64,000 nucleotides of DNA from Thermoleophilia bacterium (GCA_046330395.1 JAXLSS010000008.1:40618-104617), one strand, 5' to 3'. Positions 11,617 through 21,057 are shown, counted from the first letter of the stretch. The notes: a model not told the origin generated them from the sequence alone. Translations and numbers: made by a program.

Positions 11617-12948
11617 ATGGCCATCAATCGTGTGACGCCCACCGACCGTGAGCGGCGGTTCGAGGCGCACGAGCTGTTCTTCTCCACCACCGACCGCAAG
11701 GGACACATCCTCAGCGGCAACGAGGTGTTCAGCCGCATCTCCGGCTGGGACCGGGACGAGCTCATCGGCGCCCCGCACAACATCATCCGGCACCCGGACA
11801 TGCCGCGCGCCGTCTTCCAGGTGGTGTGGGACTACCTGCTGGCCGGGCACCCCGTGGCCGGCTACGTCAAGAACATGGCCAAGAACGGTGACGCCTACTG
11901 GGTGATGGCCACCATCGTGCCGCACGGCGACGGGTTCCTGTCGGTGCGGCTCAAGCCCAGCGGCCCCCACTGGGAGGCCGTCCAGGCGGTGTACCCCATC
12001 GTGCGGGCCACCGAGCTGGAGCTGGAGGAGCAGGGCATGCCGGTGCGCGAGGTCATCGAGCACTCGGTGGCCCAGCTGGTGGAGATCCTGCAGGGCGCGG
12101 GGTTCCCCACGTACACCGACTTCATGCGGGCCGCGCTGCCCACCGAGCTGCAGCTGCGGGGCCAGGCCATCGCGGGCCGCCCCCACGTGGGGCCCACAAG
12201 CGGCGGGCTGTACCACCTGGGCAAGCACCTGGACGACCTGTTCGCCTCGCTGGACCACTACCTCGACACCCACGAGGCCCTCTCCAAAGGGCTGGTGGGC
12301 GTGCGCAACTTCGCGGAGGACATCCGCCTGGGCGCCATGAACGCGCTGCTGGCCGCCACGCACCTGGACGGCCAGGCCGTGACGCTGGGCACCGTGGCCG
12401 ACCTCATGGGCGCGTCCGCGCGGTCGGTGGCGGAGCAGGTGGGCGTGCTCACCGACGAGGCCGCCCCCATCATGAGCGTGCTGCACGACCTGGCGTTCAG
12501 CGTCTCGCTGGCCAAGGTGCAGGTGGACCTGGCCCGGTTCTTCGCCGAGGAGATCCAGGCCTCAGAGGGCGGTCACGCCGAGCACGGCGGCGACCTGCGC
12601 GACATCGTCGGGCTGGTCACCGGTGAGGTGCAGCAGGTGATGCGCGTGCGCGGCGACATCGAGGCCCAGCTGATGCCGTTGCGCGGCAGCATCGGCCAGC
12701 TGGAGGAGCGCATCAAGGTGCTGCGGTCGCTGGACGTGGCCGGCCGCATCGAGATCGCCCGCATCCCCGGCGCCGACCGGGTGGTGACCCTGTTCGACCA
12801 GATCCGCACCGAGCTGGGCACCGTGGGCGAGCGCATCACCGCAATGCACGCGGCCGTCGACCGCCAGGAGGCCGCCATCGACGTGGACGCCCTGGCGCGT
12901 GACGCCGCCGCGGCCACCGACGAGGCCGACCAGCTGGCCGCGGTCTGA
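11617..12948 (+). CDS. cytoplasmic PAS-domain sensor with divergent methyl-accepting (MCP-signalling-like) C-terminal region
   Basis: Aer-type PAS block FSTTDRKGHILSGNEVFSRISGWDRDELIGAPHNIIRHPDMPRAVF...VKNMAKNGDAYWV. C-terminal IRLGAMNALLAATHLDGQAVTLGTVADLMG aligns to the MCP core LLALNAAIEAARAGE..GFAVVADEV but is degenerate. No TM segment seen. Confidence 0.75.
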   Translation: MAINRVTPTDRERRFEAHELFFSTTDRKGHILSGNEVFSRISGWDRDELIGAPHNIIRHPDMPRAVFQVVWDYLLAGHPVAGYVKNMAKNGDAYWVMATIVPHGDGFLSVRLKPSGPHWEAVQAVYPIVRATELELEEQGMPVREVIEHSVAQLVEILQGAGFPTYTDFMRAALPTELQLRGQAIAGRPHVGPTSGGLYHLGKHLDDLFASLDHYLDTHEALSKGLVGVRNFAEDIRLGAMNALLAATHLDGQAVTLGTVADLMGASARSVAEQVGVLTDEAAPIMSVLHDLAFSVSLAKVQVDLARFFAEEIQASEGGHAEHGGDLRDIVGLVTGEVQQVMRVRGDIEAQLMPLRGSIGQLEERIKVLRSLDVAGRIEIARIPGADRVVTLFDQIRTELGTVGERITAMHAAVDRQEAAIDVDALARDAAAATDEADQLAAV

Positions 12949-12990
12949 TCGCGGGCGCACCCCGCCCGGCCACCACGAATCGGAGCTCCA

Positions 12991-14397
12991 TTGGCACGCG
13001 AACGCCCGGTCCCCACCTCGCATGAGTCCCGCTTCGGGCTCGAGGAGCTGTTCTTCTCGCGCACCGACCGCAAGGGGCACATCCGCTCGGGCAACGACGT
13101 GTTCGTGCGCGTCTCCGGCTGGCCGCAGGACACCCTCATCGGGGCGGCCCACAACATCGTGCGTCACCCGGACATGCCGCGGGCGGCGTTCCAGCTGGTG
13201 TGGGACCAGCTGCTGGCCGACCGGCCCGTGGCCGCCTACGTCAAGAACATGGCCCGCGACGGCTCGTACTACTGGGTGATGGCCACCATCGTCCCGCACG
13301 ACGGGGGCTTCCTGTCGGTGCGCCTCAAGCCGACCGCCCCGCACTTCGACGCCGCCCAGGCCCTGTACGCCGCCGTGCGCGCGGTGGAGCTGGAGCTGGA
13401 GGCCGAGGGCACCCCGGTGGACGAGGTCATCGCGGCCTCCATGCCGGTGCTGGTGCGCGGCCTGAGCGACGCCGGCTTCCGGGACTACGCCGAGTTCATG
13501 CGCGCCGCCCTGCCGGCCGAGCTGAGCAACCGCGACGCCGCGGTGACCGACGACCGCCTGGTGGGCTCCGACACGGGCCTGGCGCTCCTGGGCAAGCACA
13601 TCGACGGCCTGTTCGCCACGGTGGAGCAGTACGTGGATTGCCACGCGGCCGTGCACACCGGCCTGGAGGCCGTGCGCTCGTTCGCGGAGGGCATCCGCCT
13701 GGGCGCCATGAACACCCTGCTGGCCGCGGTGCGGCTGGACTCCCGGGCCGCCACCCTGGGGGCCGTCGCCGACCTGATGGGCCAGTCGGCCAGCGCCGTG
13801 GCCGCCGAGGCGGCCAAGCTGCGCGTGGAGGCCGAGCCCATCCTGGAGCTGCTGCACGCGGTGGCCTTCCAGATGTCGCTGGCCAAGGTGCAGGCCGACA
13901 TGGCCCGGTTCTTCGCGCTGGAGATGGAGGACGGCGCCGGTGAGGGCGCCGCGGTGCGCGAGCTGGACGGGCTGGTGGGCATGGTGTCCGGCGCCGTCAC
14001 GGGCGTGCTGGACCTGCGCACGGCCCTGGAGGGTCAGCTGCCCCAGCTGCGCAGCAGCATCGAGGACCTGGAGCGCCGCATCGGCGCGCTGCGCAACCTC
14101 GAGGTGGCGGGGCGCATCGAGGTGGCCCGCACCGACGACGCCGCGCGCGTGGTGACCATGTTCAACGAGGTGGGCTCCGAGCTGGAGCGGGTGGGGGAGC
14201 GCATCGGCCAGATGCACAAGGCCATCGACCGCAGCCAGGTGGGCGTCGACCGCGAGGCGCTGGAGCGTGACGGGCGCCGGGCCCGCGAGGAGTCGGCCGA
14301 GCTGTGCGCCGCCTGCGAGCTCAGCCTGGCGGAGACAGCAGCTGCAGCCGATCCCACGGAAAGCTCCGCATCAGCGCAGTCCGATCCGCCCCGTTGA
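12991..14397 (+). CDS. PAS / MCP-signalling-like sensor, tandem paralog of the previous gene
   Basis: Same architecture and colinear similarity: FSRTDRKGHIRSGNDVFVRVSGWPQDTLIGAAHNIVRHPDMPRAAF...VKNMARDGSYYWV and IRLGAMNTLLAAVRLDSRAATLGAVADLMG. TTG start. 3' end overlaps the convergent next gene by 77 nt. Confidence 0.75.
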   Translation: MARERPVPTSHESRFGLEELFFSRTDRKGHIRSGNDVFVRVSGWPQDTLIGAAHNIVRHPDMPRAAFQLVWDQLLADRPVAAYVKNMARDGSYYWVMATIVPHDGGFLSVRLKPTAPHFDAAQALYAAVRAVELELEAEGTPVDEVIAASMPVLVRGLSDAGFRDYAEFMRAALPAELSNRDAAVTDDRLVGSDTGLALLGKHIDGLFATVEQYVDCHAAVHTGLEAVRSFAEGIRLGAMNTLLAAVRLDSRAATLGAVADLMGQSASAVAAEAAKLRVEAEPILELLHAVAFQMSLAKVQADMARFFALEMEDGAGEGAAVRELDGLVGMVSGAVTGVLDLRTALEGQLPQLRSSIEDLERRIGALRNLEVAGRIEVARTDDAARVVTMFNEVGSELERVGERIGQMHKAIDRSQVGVDREALERDGRRAREESAELCAACELSLAETAAAADPTESSASAQSDPPR

Positions 14398-15301
14398 GGG
14401 CTGAGGCGAAGGGGTCCACCGCCAGCGCGGTGGGGTCCTCGCCGTACATCACCACCACCCCCGCGGTGTCGCGCACGATGATGCCGTGGTCCTGCGCGGC
14501 GTGGGCCAGCATGGCCACGAAGGGGGAGAGCCCCAGCCTGTCCACGTCCACCGACGGGTCCAGCCGGAACCGCTGACCCTCCGCGGGCGCCGCGGCCTGC
14601 GGGTCGGCGCCGTCGGTGCGGGTGGCCGGGGCCACGAACACCTTCGCCCGCGGGTGCGGGATGCCCAGCGCCAGGGCGTGGTCGATGCGGCCCCGGGCCA
14701 TGTCGTCGGCCGTGACCAGGCCGGCAACCAGCGGCAGGCCCGAGGCCGTGGCGCCGTAGGGTGACGGCAGCCACCCCGGGCTGGTGGACACGTGGGGGAT
14801 GCGGGCCCCGTGCAGGGCGCTGGGGCCGTCGGCGTCGTTGCGGAAGGCCCAGAACTCCCACATGGTGTCGGTGGACGGCTGCCAGATCACCAGGTGCCCG
14901 TCGGTGCCCGCCGAGGGCCGCGCGGTGGACGGCAGGGGCACCAGCCCCCAGCCGTACGGTGAGTCCACCTGCGCCATGAAGCCGTCGTCGCGGTCGCGCA
15001 CCCGCACCGCCGGCTGACTGCCGGGCACGATCACCACGGGCACGCTGTAGCGGTCGGTGTTGAAGTAGGCACCTGCCGCCGCCTGCCGGGCCAGGTTGGC
15101 CACAACGGCGGCCGAGTCGGCGGCCACCGGCGTGTCGCGGCTGAGCGGCGCGTTCCACACGCTGTCGGCCGCGAACCAGCGCTCGTCACCCCGCGCGCCC
15201 GCGCCGCTGGGCGCGTTGTTCCCAGGTCGTGAGAACAGCAGCGCCGCGCCGACCACCGCCAGCAGGGCGGCGGCCACCACGGCGCCGGTGCGGTGCCTCA
15301 C
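14321..15301 (-). CDS. membrane-anchored/secreted protein of unknown function (paralog of 21110..22576)
   Basis: N-terminal hydrophobic anchor AVVAAALLAVVGAALLF. Conserved blocks are shared with the paralog: SVWN, HLVIWQPSTDTMWEFW, HGARI, PYGATASGLP, AGLVT..D.ARG.IDHAL, PATRTDG, GQRFRLDPSVDV, FPWD. Confidence 0.7.
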   Translation of the reverse strand: MRHRTGAVVAAALLAVVGAALLFSRPGNNAPSGAGARGDERWFAADSVWNAPLSRDTPVAADSAAVVANLARQAAAGAYFNTDRYSVPVVIVPGSQPAVRVRDRDDGFMAQVDSPYGWGLVPLPSTARPSAGTDGHLVIWQPSTDTMWEFWAFRNDADGPSALHGARIPHVSTSPGWLPSPYGATASGLPLVAGLVTADDMARGRIDHALALGIPHPRAKVFVAPATRTDGADPQAAAPAEGQRFRLDPSVDVDRLGLSPFVAMLAHAAQDHGIIVRDTAGVVVMYGEDPTALAVDPFASALNGADRTALMRSFPWDRLQLLSPPG

Positions 15302-16644
15302 GGCTCCACGTTGTGACGCCGGTACACGCTCATGCTGGGCGGGCCCACCAGCAGGCCGTCCACGCCACCGCGCTCCAGGGCCTGCCGGTACACCTCCAGG
15401 GCGGCCGCGAACGCACGGGCGGTGTGGTCCAGGTCGCGCGCCGTGTGGGCGTTGCTCACCAGCAGCGAGGGGGCCAGCACGCCGTTGCGGACCAGCTCCT
15501 GCAGGAACAGGGTGCGGTAGGCCTGCGAGGGGCGCCCCTGCGGGTCGCGGGTGCCGAACAGCAGGCCCTGGGGGCGGCCGCGCACGTCCACGGCGTCGCC
15601 CACGCCGGCGGCGTCGATCACCTGCCCCAGGAGGGTCCGCAGCGTCTCACCCGTCTGGGCCAGCCGGTCCACCACGCCCTCGCGGAGGTAGATGTCCATC
15701 ACCGCCATGGCGGCGGCCAGGCCCGGCGACTCCGCGCCGTGGGTGGTGGACAACAGGAACACCCGCGGTGCCGTGGTGGCCAGGCCACCCAGCTCCATGA
15801 GGTCGCGGATGCCCAGCAGGGCGCTGATGGCCACGCCGTTGCCCATGGCCTTGCCGAAGGTGGACAGGTCGGGGGCCACCCCGAACAGCGCCTGCCCGCC
15901 GCCCAGATGGAACCGGAACCCGGTGGTCATCTCGTCGAACACCAGCACGGTGCCGCGCTCGCTGCAGCGCTGCCGCAGGCCCTCCAGGAAGCCCGGCGCG
16001 GGGTCCACGTCGGGCCGGCAGGGCTCCAGCATGAGGCACGCCACATCCCCGGGGTGCCGGTCGAACAGCGCATCCACCGAGTCCAGGTCGTTGAACCGGA
16101 ACGTGTCGGTGAGGGCCTTGGCCTCGTCGGGGATGCCGGCGTCCACCGGGGTGATCCCCATGGCCCAGTCGTCGTACGAGAAGAACGGGTGGTCCACGCA
16201 CAGGCCCACGAAACGGCGCCCGGTGGCGGCCCGCGCCAGCTTGAGGGCGGCGGTGTTGGCCGTGGAGCCGTCCTTGGTGAACTTCACCATGTCCGCGGCG
16301 GGCACCAGCGACAGGAGCGCCTCGGCCGCGTCGCCCTCCAGCAGTGAGGGGCGGTTGAAGTTGGTGCCGTCGCGCAGGGCGCGCGCGGCCGCCTCCACCA
16401 CCTCGGCCCGGCCGTGGCCCAGCGTGACGCAGCGCTGCCCCAGGGCGTACCCGATGTACCGGCGCCCGTCGGTATCCCATTCGTGGCACCCCTCGCCGCG
16501 CACGATCAGCGGCGGCGCGGTGTCCGGGTACTGGTCGTCGCCCTTGGCGTAGGTGTGGCTGCCGCCGGGGATGAGGCGATGCGCGCGGTGCTGCAGCGCC
16601 CGGGCCTCGGGGGACGGTTCGTGCGGCGTCGGCTGCGGGCTCAC
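15298..16644 (-). CDS. class-III (glutamate-1-semialdehyde aminomutase-like) PLP aminotransferase
   Basis: 448 aa. IPGGSHTY, DGSTANTAALKLAR, VFDEMTTGFR and STFGKAMGNG (PLP lysine) blocks. 4-nt overlap with the downstream secreted-protein gene. Confidence 0.85.
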   Translation of the reverse strand: MSPQPTPHEPSPEARALQHRAHRLIPGGSHTYAKGDDQYPDTAPPLIVRGEGCHEWDTDGRRYIGYALGQRCVTLGHGRAEVVEAAARALRDGTNFNRPSLLEGDAAEALLSLVPAADMVKFTKDGSTANTAALKLARAATGRRFVGLCVDHPFFSYDDWAMGITPVDAGIPDEAKALTDTFRFNDLDSVDALFDRHPGDVACLMLEPCRPDVDPAPGFLEGLRQRCSERGTVLVFDEMTTGFRFHLGGGQALFGVAPDLSTFGKAMGNGVAISALLGIRDLMELGGLATTAPRVFLLSTTHGAESPGLAAAMAVMDIYLREGVVDRLAQTGETLRTLLGQVIDAAGVGDAVDVRGRPQGLLFGTRDPQGRPSQAYRTLFLQELVRNGVLAPSLLVSNAHTARDLDHTARAFAAALEVYRQALERGGVDGLLVGPPSMSVYRRHNVEP

Positions 16645-16680
16645 GGGTTCTCCGGGGTTGTTGCGTTACATTCTCGTGCG

Positions 16681-17706
16681 GTGACCGAGACCCACGCGCC
16701 ACCGTCGGTTTGCGTGATCACCCCCGTGTACAACGGGGGAGGGCTCATCGCGGACTGCATCCGCTCGGTGCAGGCCCAGGATCGCGGCGACTGGGTGCAC
16801 CTGGTGGTGGACAATGCCAGCACCGACGACACGGTGCGCATCGTCGCGGACGCCGCCGCCGACGACCCGCGCGTGCGCCTGGTGCGGTTCGACCAGCACC
16901 TGGAGATGCTGGGCTCCTGGAACCGGGCCACGGCACAGGCTCCCGGGGAGATCCCCTGGGTGAAACACCTGGGGGCCGACGACCGCATGGTGCCGCAGTG
17001 CCTCACCGCGATGCTGGCGGCCGCCGCCCACCCGGACACGGTGATGGTGGCGGCGCGCTGGCGTGAGGGCAGCGTGGTGGCGCCCTCCCGGGCCGTCCCG
17101 CCGCCGCACCGCATGCCGGGCCGGGAGGCCATGCGCCGGTACCTGCTGGGGGGTCCGGACACGTTCGGCACGCCGTCGGCGTGCATGTTCCGGCGCGAGG
17201 CCATCGTGGACGGCGCCCACCTGTACCCGCAGGAGCCCTGGCCGCCCGGGCATCCCCACGGCGCGCCCGGCCCGGCCACCGACAAGATCGGCTGCGCCAC
17301 GGTGCTGGAGCGCGGCGAGTTCGTGTTCGTGCCGCAGGTGCTCACGTACGACGTGGTGCGCGCGGGGGCCCAGAGCGGCTTCGCCATGCGGATGCGGATC
17401 CAGGTGCCCGGCGACCTCGACGCGCTGCTCATCGTGGGCCCGCGCTTCCTCACCCGGTCAGAGTTCGCGCGTCGCGTGCGGGTGATGACCTCGCGCTACA
17501 GCCAGAGCCTCATCAAGGCCACCGCCCTGGGCCGGCCGGTGCGCGAGCCGGAGTTCGCCACCCTGCACCACTACGTCCTGCGCCACCTGGACGGGGCGCT
17601 GGCCCAGGCGGGCCTCACGCGGACGCGAGGGCTGCTGGCGCCGCATCGGGCGGTGTATGCGGCGGCCCACCGGCGCGCGCAGCGGCGGCCTGACGCCGCG
17701 CGCTGA
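16681..17706 (+). CDS. family 2 glycosyltransferase
   Basis: GTG 16681. VCVITPVYNGGGLIADCIRSVQAQD...LVVDNASTDDT and GADDRM (DXD-like) motifs. The upstream part of ORF 16414.. is antisense to the aminotransferase and was trimmed. Confidence 0.8.
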   Translation: MTETHAPPSVCVITPVYNGGGLIADCIRSVQAQDRGDWVHLVVDNASTDDTVRIVADAAADDPRVRLVRFDQHLEMLGSWNRATAQAPGEIPWVKHLGADDRMVPQCLTAMLAAAAHPDTVMVAARWREGSVVAPSRAVPPPHRMPGREAMRRYLLGGPDTFGTPSACMFRREAIVDGAHLYPQEPWPPGHPHGAPGPATDKIGCATVLERGEFVFVPQVLTYDVVRAGAQSGFAMRMRIQVPGDLDALLIVGPRFLTRSEFARRVRVMTSRYSQSLIKATALGRPVREPEFATLHHYVLRHLDGALAQAGLTRTRGLLAPHRAVYAAAHRRAQRRPDAAR

Positions 17707-19102
17707 GCGGGCTCATCCACGGCACCGCCCCGGCGGTGATTCCGGCCCACAGGAACACCAGCAGGTTCGGCAGCATCTGGGCAAGCGGGGCGAACATCGA
17801 CACGATGGCCCACGCGGCCACGATGGCCAGGTGCGCGGCCTGCCAGTCCTCCATGATGGGCCCGAGGCGGCGGGTCATGGGGCCCACCAGGGCCACGGTG
17901 ACGGCCACCAGCCAGATGCCGGCGCCCGCCAGGCCCATTTCGGCGGCGTACAGCAGCGGCACGTTGTGCACCACCAGGCCCTCACCCTGCATGGGGTAGG
18001 TGTCGGCCTGGCGGAAGTAGGCGCGACCGTCCAGCGGGAAGCGGCCCCAGCCCAGCCCGAACAGGGGCTTGTCGTCGATCACCCGCGTGGCCGCCACCAC
18101 CAGGTTCTGCCGGTCCCACACGGGCGACTGGTCGTTGGCGCGCTGCTGGGCCGAGCCCGCGAAGCCGGGCAGCAGCAGCAGGGCCATGGCCACGACGGCC
18201 ACCAGCCCGGCCGCGGCGGGCAGCAGGTAGCGGCGGTGCCGGCGGGAGTAGCCCAGGGCGAGGCCACCGGCCACCACGCCGGCGATCCATGCCGAACGGG
18301 TGAGGGTGAGGGCGATGCCGAGGGTGCACAGCCCGCCCGCGGCGATGCAGGCCCACCTCCAGCGACGGCCCAGGTGCAGCGCTCCGTACCAGCAGGCGAT
18401 GCCGCACATCACCATGACCACGCCGTTGGCCGAGGCCTCCAGGAACGGGCCGCGCGCACGGTCGGCGTGCAGGCCCACGCTGGGGTCGAGGATGAAACGG
18501 GGGAACACCAGGACGTGGGGGCCGACCCGCTCGAACACGGCGGTGGCCCCCAGGTAGGCCCCCATGATCACCAGGGTCTTCACCAGGGCCATGCGGTCGC
18601 GCGTGCCACGGAACGCGTACGGGGCCACCGCGAACGCCAGGAACGGCACCAGCCCGAAGTGGTCCAGCAGGGCGTACAGCCCCACGGTGGTGGTGAGCGT
18701 GTGCGCCACCAGCGCCGAGCCGATGGCCGTCACCGCGGCCACGGCCAAGCCCAGGTGCACCGGGCGGGTGGCCAGGGTCACCCGGGGGTCGCGGGCGGCG
18801 GCCAGCATGGTGGCCAGCACCCCGGCCAGCACGATCAGCCGGTCCAGGCCGATGGGCGAGCCCAGCAACGACCAGTTGCCCGACAGCATGGCCGAGGCGG
18901 TGCCGATGCACATGATGTGGGCGGGGGTCAGGCGGCTGCCCAGCACGGCCACCGACAGGGCCGCGATGCCGGCCAGCAGCAGCACACCGGTGCGCAGGGG
19001 CAGCGCGGTGAGCACCAGCGTCACCAGCAGACCGCTCAGGGCGGCCACGCCGCCCCACAGCAGGGAGACTCCGGGTAGCCGGAGACTAGGACGTGCGGGC
19101 AT
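17615..19102 (-). CDS. O-antigen ligase/polymerase (Wzy-like) family membrane protein
   Basis: About 10-12 hydrophobic segments. LTLTRSAWIAG block typical of the O-antigen ligase domain, plus a large loop. The start could also be GTG 19069. Confidence 0.78.
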   Translation of the reverse strand: MPARPSLRLPGVSLLWGGVAALSGLLVTLVLTALPLRTGVLLLAGIAALSVAVLGSRLTPAHIMCIGTASAMLSGNWSLLGSPIGLDRLIVLAGVLATMLAAARDPRVTLATRPVHLGLAVAAVTAIGSALVAHTLTTTVGLYALLDHFGLVPFLAFAVAPYAFRGTRDRMALVKTLVIMGAYLGATAVFERVGPHVLVFPRFILDPSVGLHADRARGPFLEASANGVVMVMCGIACWYGALHLGRRWRWACIAAGGLCTLGIALTLTRSAWIAGVVAGGLALGYSRRHRRYLLPAAAGLVAVVAMALLLLPGFAGSAQQRANDQSPVWDRQNLVVAATRVIDDKPLFGLGWGRFPLDGRAYFRQADTYPMQGEGLVVHNVPLLYAAEMGLAGAGIWLVAVTVALVGPMTRRLGPIMEDWQAAHLAIVAAWAIVSMFAPLAQMLPNLLVFLWAGITAGAVPWMSPLSARRQAAAARAGGPPHTPPDAAPAALASA

Positions 19103-20102
19103 GCTGCGGCTGGTAGCTCGAGACCGGCTCGCGCAGCCACATCACCAGCACCAGGCCCACCAGGAGGCCCAGGGCGGTGAGGATCAGCACCCACCGCTGC
19201 AGCGCGGAGGCCCGGTCCGAGCTGGCGCGGGCGGCGGGGTTGAGGGTCTGGATCACGCGGGTGGAGGTCTGACCGGCCAGGCTCTCCTGGTACAGCGCCT
19301 GGTTGGCGGCCACGCGCAGTTGGGCGCCGGCCAGCCGGGCCCGGGCGTTGGAGACCCGCTGCAACGTGATGGGGTTGCGGTGCTTGGCGGCCACGCGCAG
19401 CGCGGCGCGCACGGCCGCGGCATCGTCTGCGCGGTCACGCACCGCCAGCTGGTACAGGCCGATGAACTTCACGGAGGTGGTGGTGTCGCCGTTGATGCGC
19501 GCCACGTACTCCTTCAGCGCCGAACCCGCGGCGTTGGCCGTGGCGATGGCGTCGGCCGACGACCCCGCGCTGGCCTCGATGCGGAACAGGGGGCTGCCCG
19601 GGATGGGGGAGGCGCTGAGGCGCCCGCGCACGGTGTCCTGACTCACGTTGAGGACATCCGCCGTGTCCTTGATCACCGCGTCGGCGGTGGTGAGGCGCGC
19701 GTACGTCACGGCCAGCGACTGCACGGCGGCGGCCATGGCCGGCAGGGCCTGGGTCTGCACGTCGATACGCGCCACGGCCAGCCGCGCCTCGGCGGTGTAG
19801 GTGGGCGTGCGCAGCAACCCGTACGCCAGGCCCAGCAGCAGGCCCACCAGGGTGGGCAACACGAGCAGGAGGGGCCGGTCGATGACGGCGTCGGTGAGGG
19901 CGCGCCGCGCGGAGGGCTGCTGAGCGGCCACGCGCACCAGATCGCCGGGATCGTCGGCCGGGATGTCGGCCGGCATGGGCTGCGCGGTGATGGGGGTCGT
20001 GTGCATCCGGGGTGTGATCGGCGTTGACAGAGCACCCTTGAGGCGCTCGGCAAGCCGTCCCAATTCGCGCGTCAGCGCGCTCAGGTTGGGGGGCGAGGGC
20101 AT
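19086..20102 (-). CDS. Wzz-like polysaccharide co-polymerase / chain-length determinant, no kinase domain
   Basis: TM1 LLLVLPTLVGLLLGLAYGLL is followed by RTPTYTAEARLAV (Wzz signature region). Then a long Ala-rich, likely helical region and a C-terminal TM WVLILTALGLLVGLVLVMW. No Walker A. Confidence 0.62.
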   Translation of the reverse strand: MPSPPNLSALTRELGRLAERLKGALSTPITPRMHTTPITAQPMPADIPADDPGDLVRVAAQQPSARRALTDAVIDRPLLLVLPTLVGLLLGLAYGLLRTPTYTAEARLAVARIDVQTQALPAMAAAVQSLAVTYARLTTADAVIKDTADVLNVSQDTVRGRLSASPIPGSPLFRIEASAGSSADAIATANAAGSALKEYVARINGDTTTSVKFIGLYQLAVRDRADDAAAVRAALRVAAKHRNPITLQRVSNARARLAGAQLRVAANQALYQESLAGQTSTRVIQTLNPAARASSDRASALQRWVLILTALGLLVGLVLVMWLREPVSSYQPQHARTS

Positions 20103-20199
20103 CGGCGCATGCTATTGGTCATCTATGCCCACCTTCCAGCCGACAGGATGTGGGCCGCATCCGCATCTCCCAACCCCCGAACCCCCCCGCGAGGCCCCG

Positions 20200-20970
20200 A
20201 TGTCCCACCCCGCACGGCTCACCCTGATGGGCATGGCCATCGACCCCATCACCCAGGCCGAGGCCGTGGGCCGCATCGTGGGCGCCATCAGGCAGGGGCA
20301 CGGCGGCGTGGTGGTGACCCCCAACCTGGACCACCTGCGCCTGTTCACCGCCGACCCCGGGGTGCGCGACCTGTACGCCACGGCCGATCTGGTGCTGGCC
20401 GACGGCATGCCCCTGGTGTGGGCCAGCCGCATCGCCGGGGACCCGTTGCCCGAGCGGGTGGCCGGGTCGGACCTCATCTGGAGCCTCAGCCAGGCGTGCG
20501 CCGCGGCCGACCTCAGCGTGTTCATGCTGGGCGGCAACCCCGGCGCCGCGGAGGAGGCGGGGAGGGTGCTCACCGAGCGGTTCCCCGGGCTGCGCGTGGC
20601 CGGCACCCTGTGCCCGCCCATGGGTTTCGACGCCGACCCGGCGCAGATGGATGCGGTGCGCGCCGCCCTGCGCGAGGCGGCCCCCGACGTGGTGTACGTG
20701 GGCGTGAGCTTCCCGCGGTCGGCGCGGGTGTCGGAAGCCCTGCGGGCCGATCTTCCTGCGGCGTGGTTCCTGGGACTGGGGGTGAGCCTCAGCTTCGTCT
20801 CCGGCGAGGTGGCCCGGGCCCCCGAGTGGGTGCAGCGCACGGGCCTGGAGTGGGTGTTCCGCATCATCCAGGAGCCGCGGCGGCTGCTGGCCCGCTACCT
20901 GGTGCGCGGCCTCCCGTTCGCCGCGCGGCTGGGCGCCTCGGCGGCACTGCAGCGCTTGCGTACGCGCTGA
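20200..20970 (+). CDS. WecB/TagA/CpsF family glycosyltransferase
   Basis: ATG 20200. TPNLDHLR, DLVLADGMPLVWASR, VFMLGGNPG, VGVSFPR and GLEWVFRIIQEPRRL blocks are characteristic of the family. Confidence 0.85.
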   Translation: MSHPARLTLMGMAIDPITQAEAVGRIVGAIRQGHGGVVVTPNLDHLRLFTADPGVRDLYATADLVLADGMPLVWASRIAGDPLPERVAGSDLIWSLSQACAAADLSVFMLGGNPGAAEEAGRVLTERFPGLRVAGTLCPPMGFDADPAQMDAVRAALREAAPDVVYVGVSFPRSARVSEALRADLPAAWFLGLGVSLSFVSGEVARAPEWVQRTGLEWVFRIIQEPRRLLARYLVRGLPFAARLGASAALQRLRTR

Positions 20971-21019
20971 CGCCTGCGGCCCCGAGGTTGTGCCCTCCGC
21001 TCCCGCTGGCGCACACGCG

Positions 21020-21057
21020 CCTTTCATATGGCAGGGAGGCGGGTCCCATGTGAAAGG
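21020..21057 (+). terminator. stem-loop in the convergent intergenic gap
   Basis: CCTTTCATATGG (21020-21031) pairs with CCATGTGAAAGG (21046-21057): 12 bp with one G-U. Lies in an AT-richer gap between the convergent TagA-like and secreted-protein genes. Confidence 0.35.
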
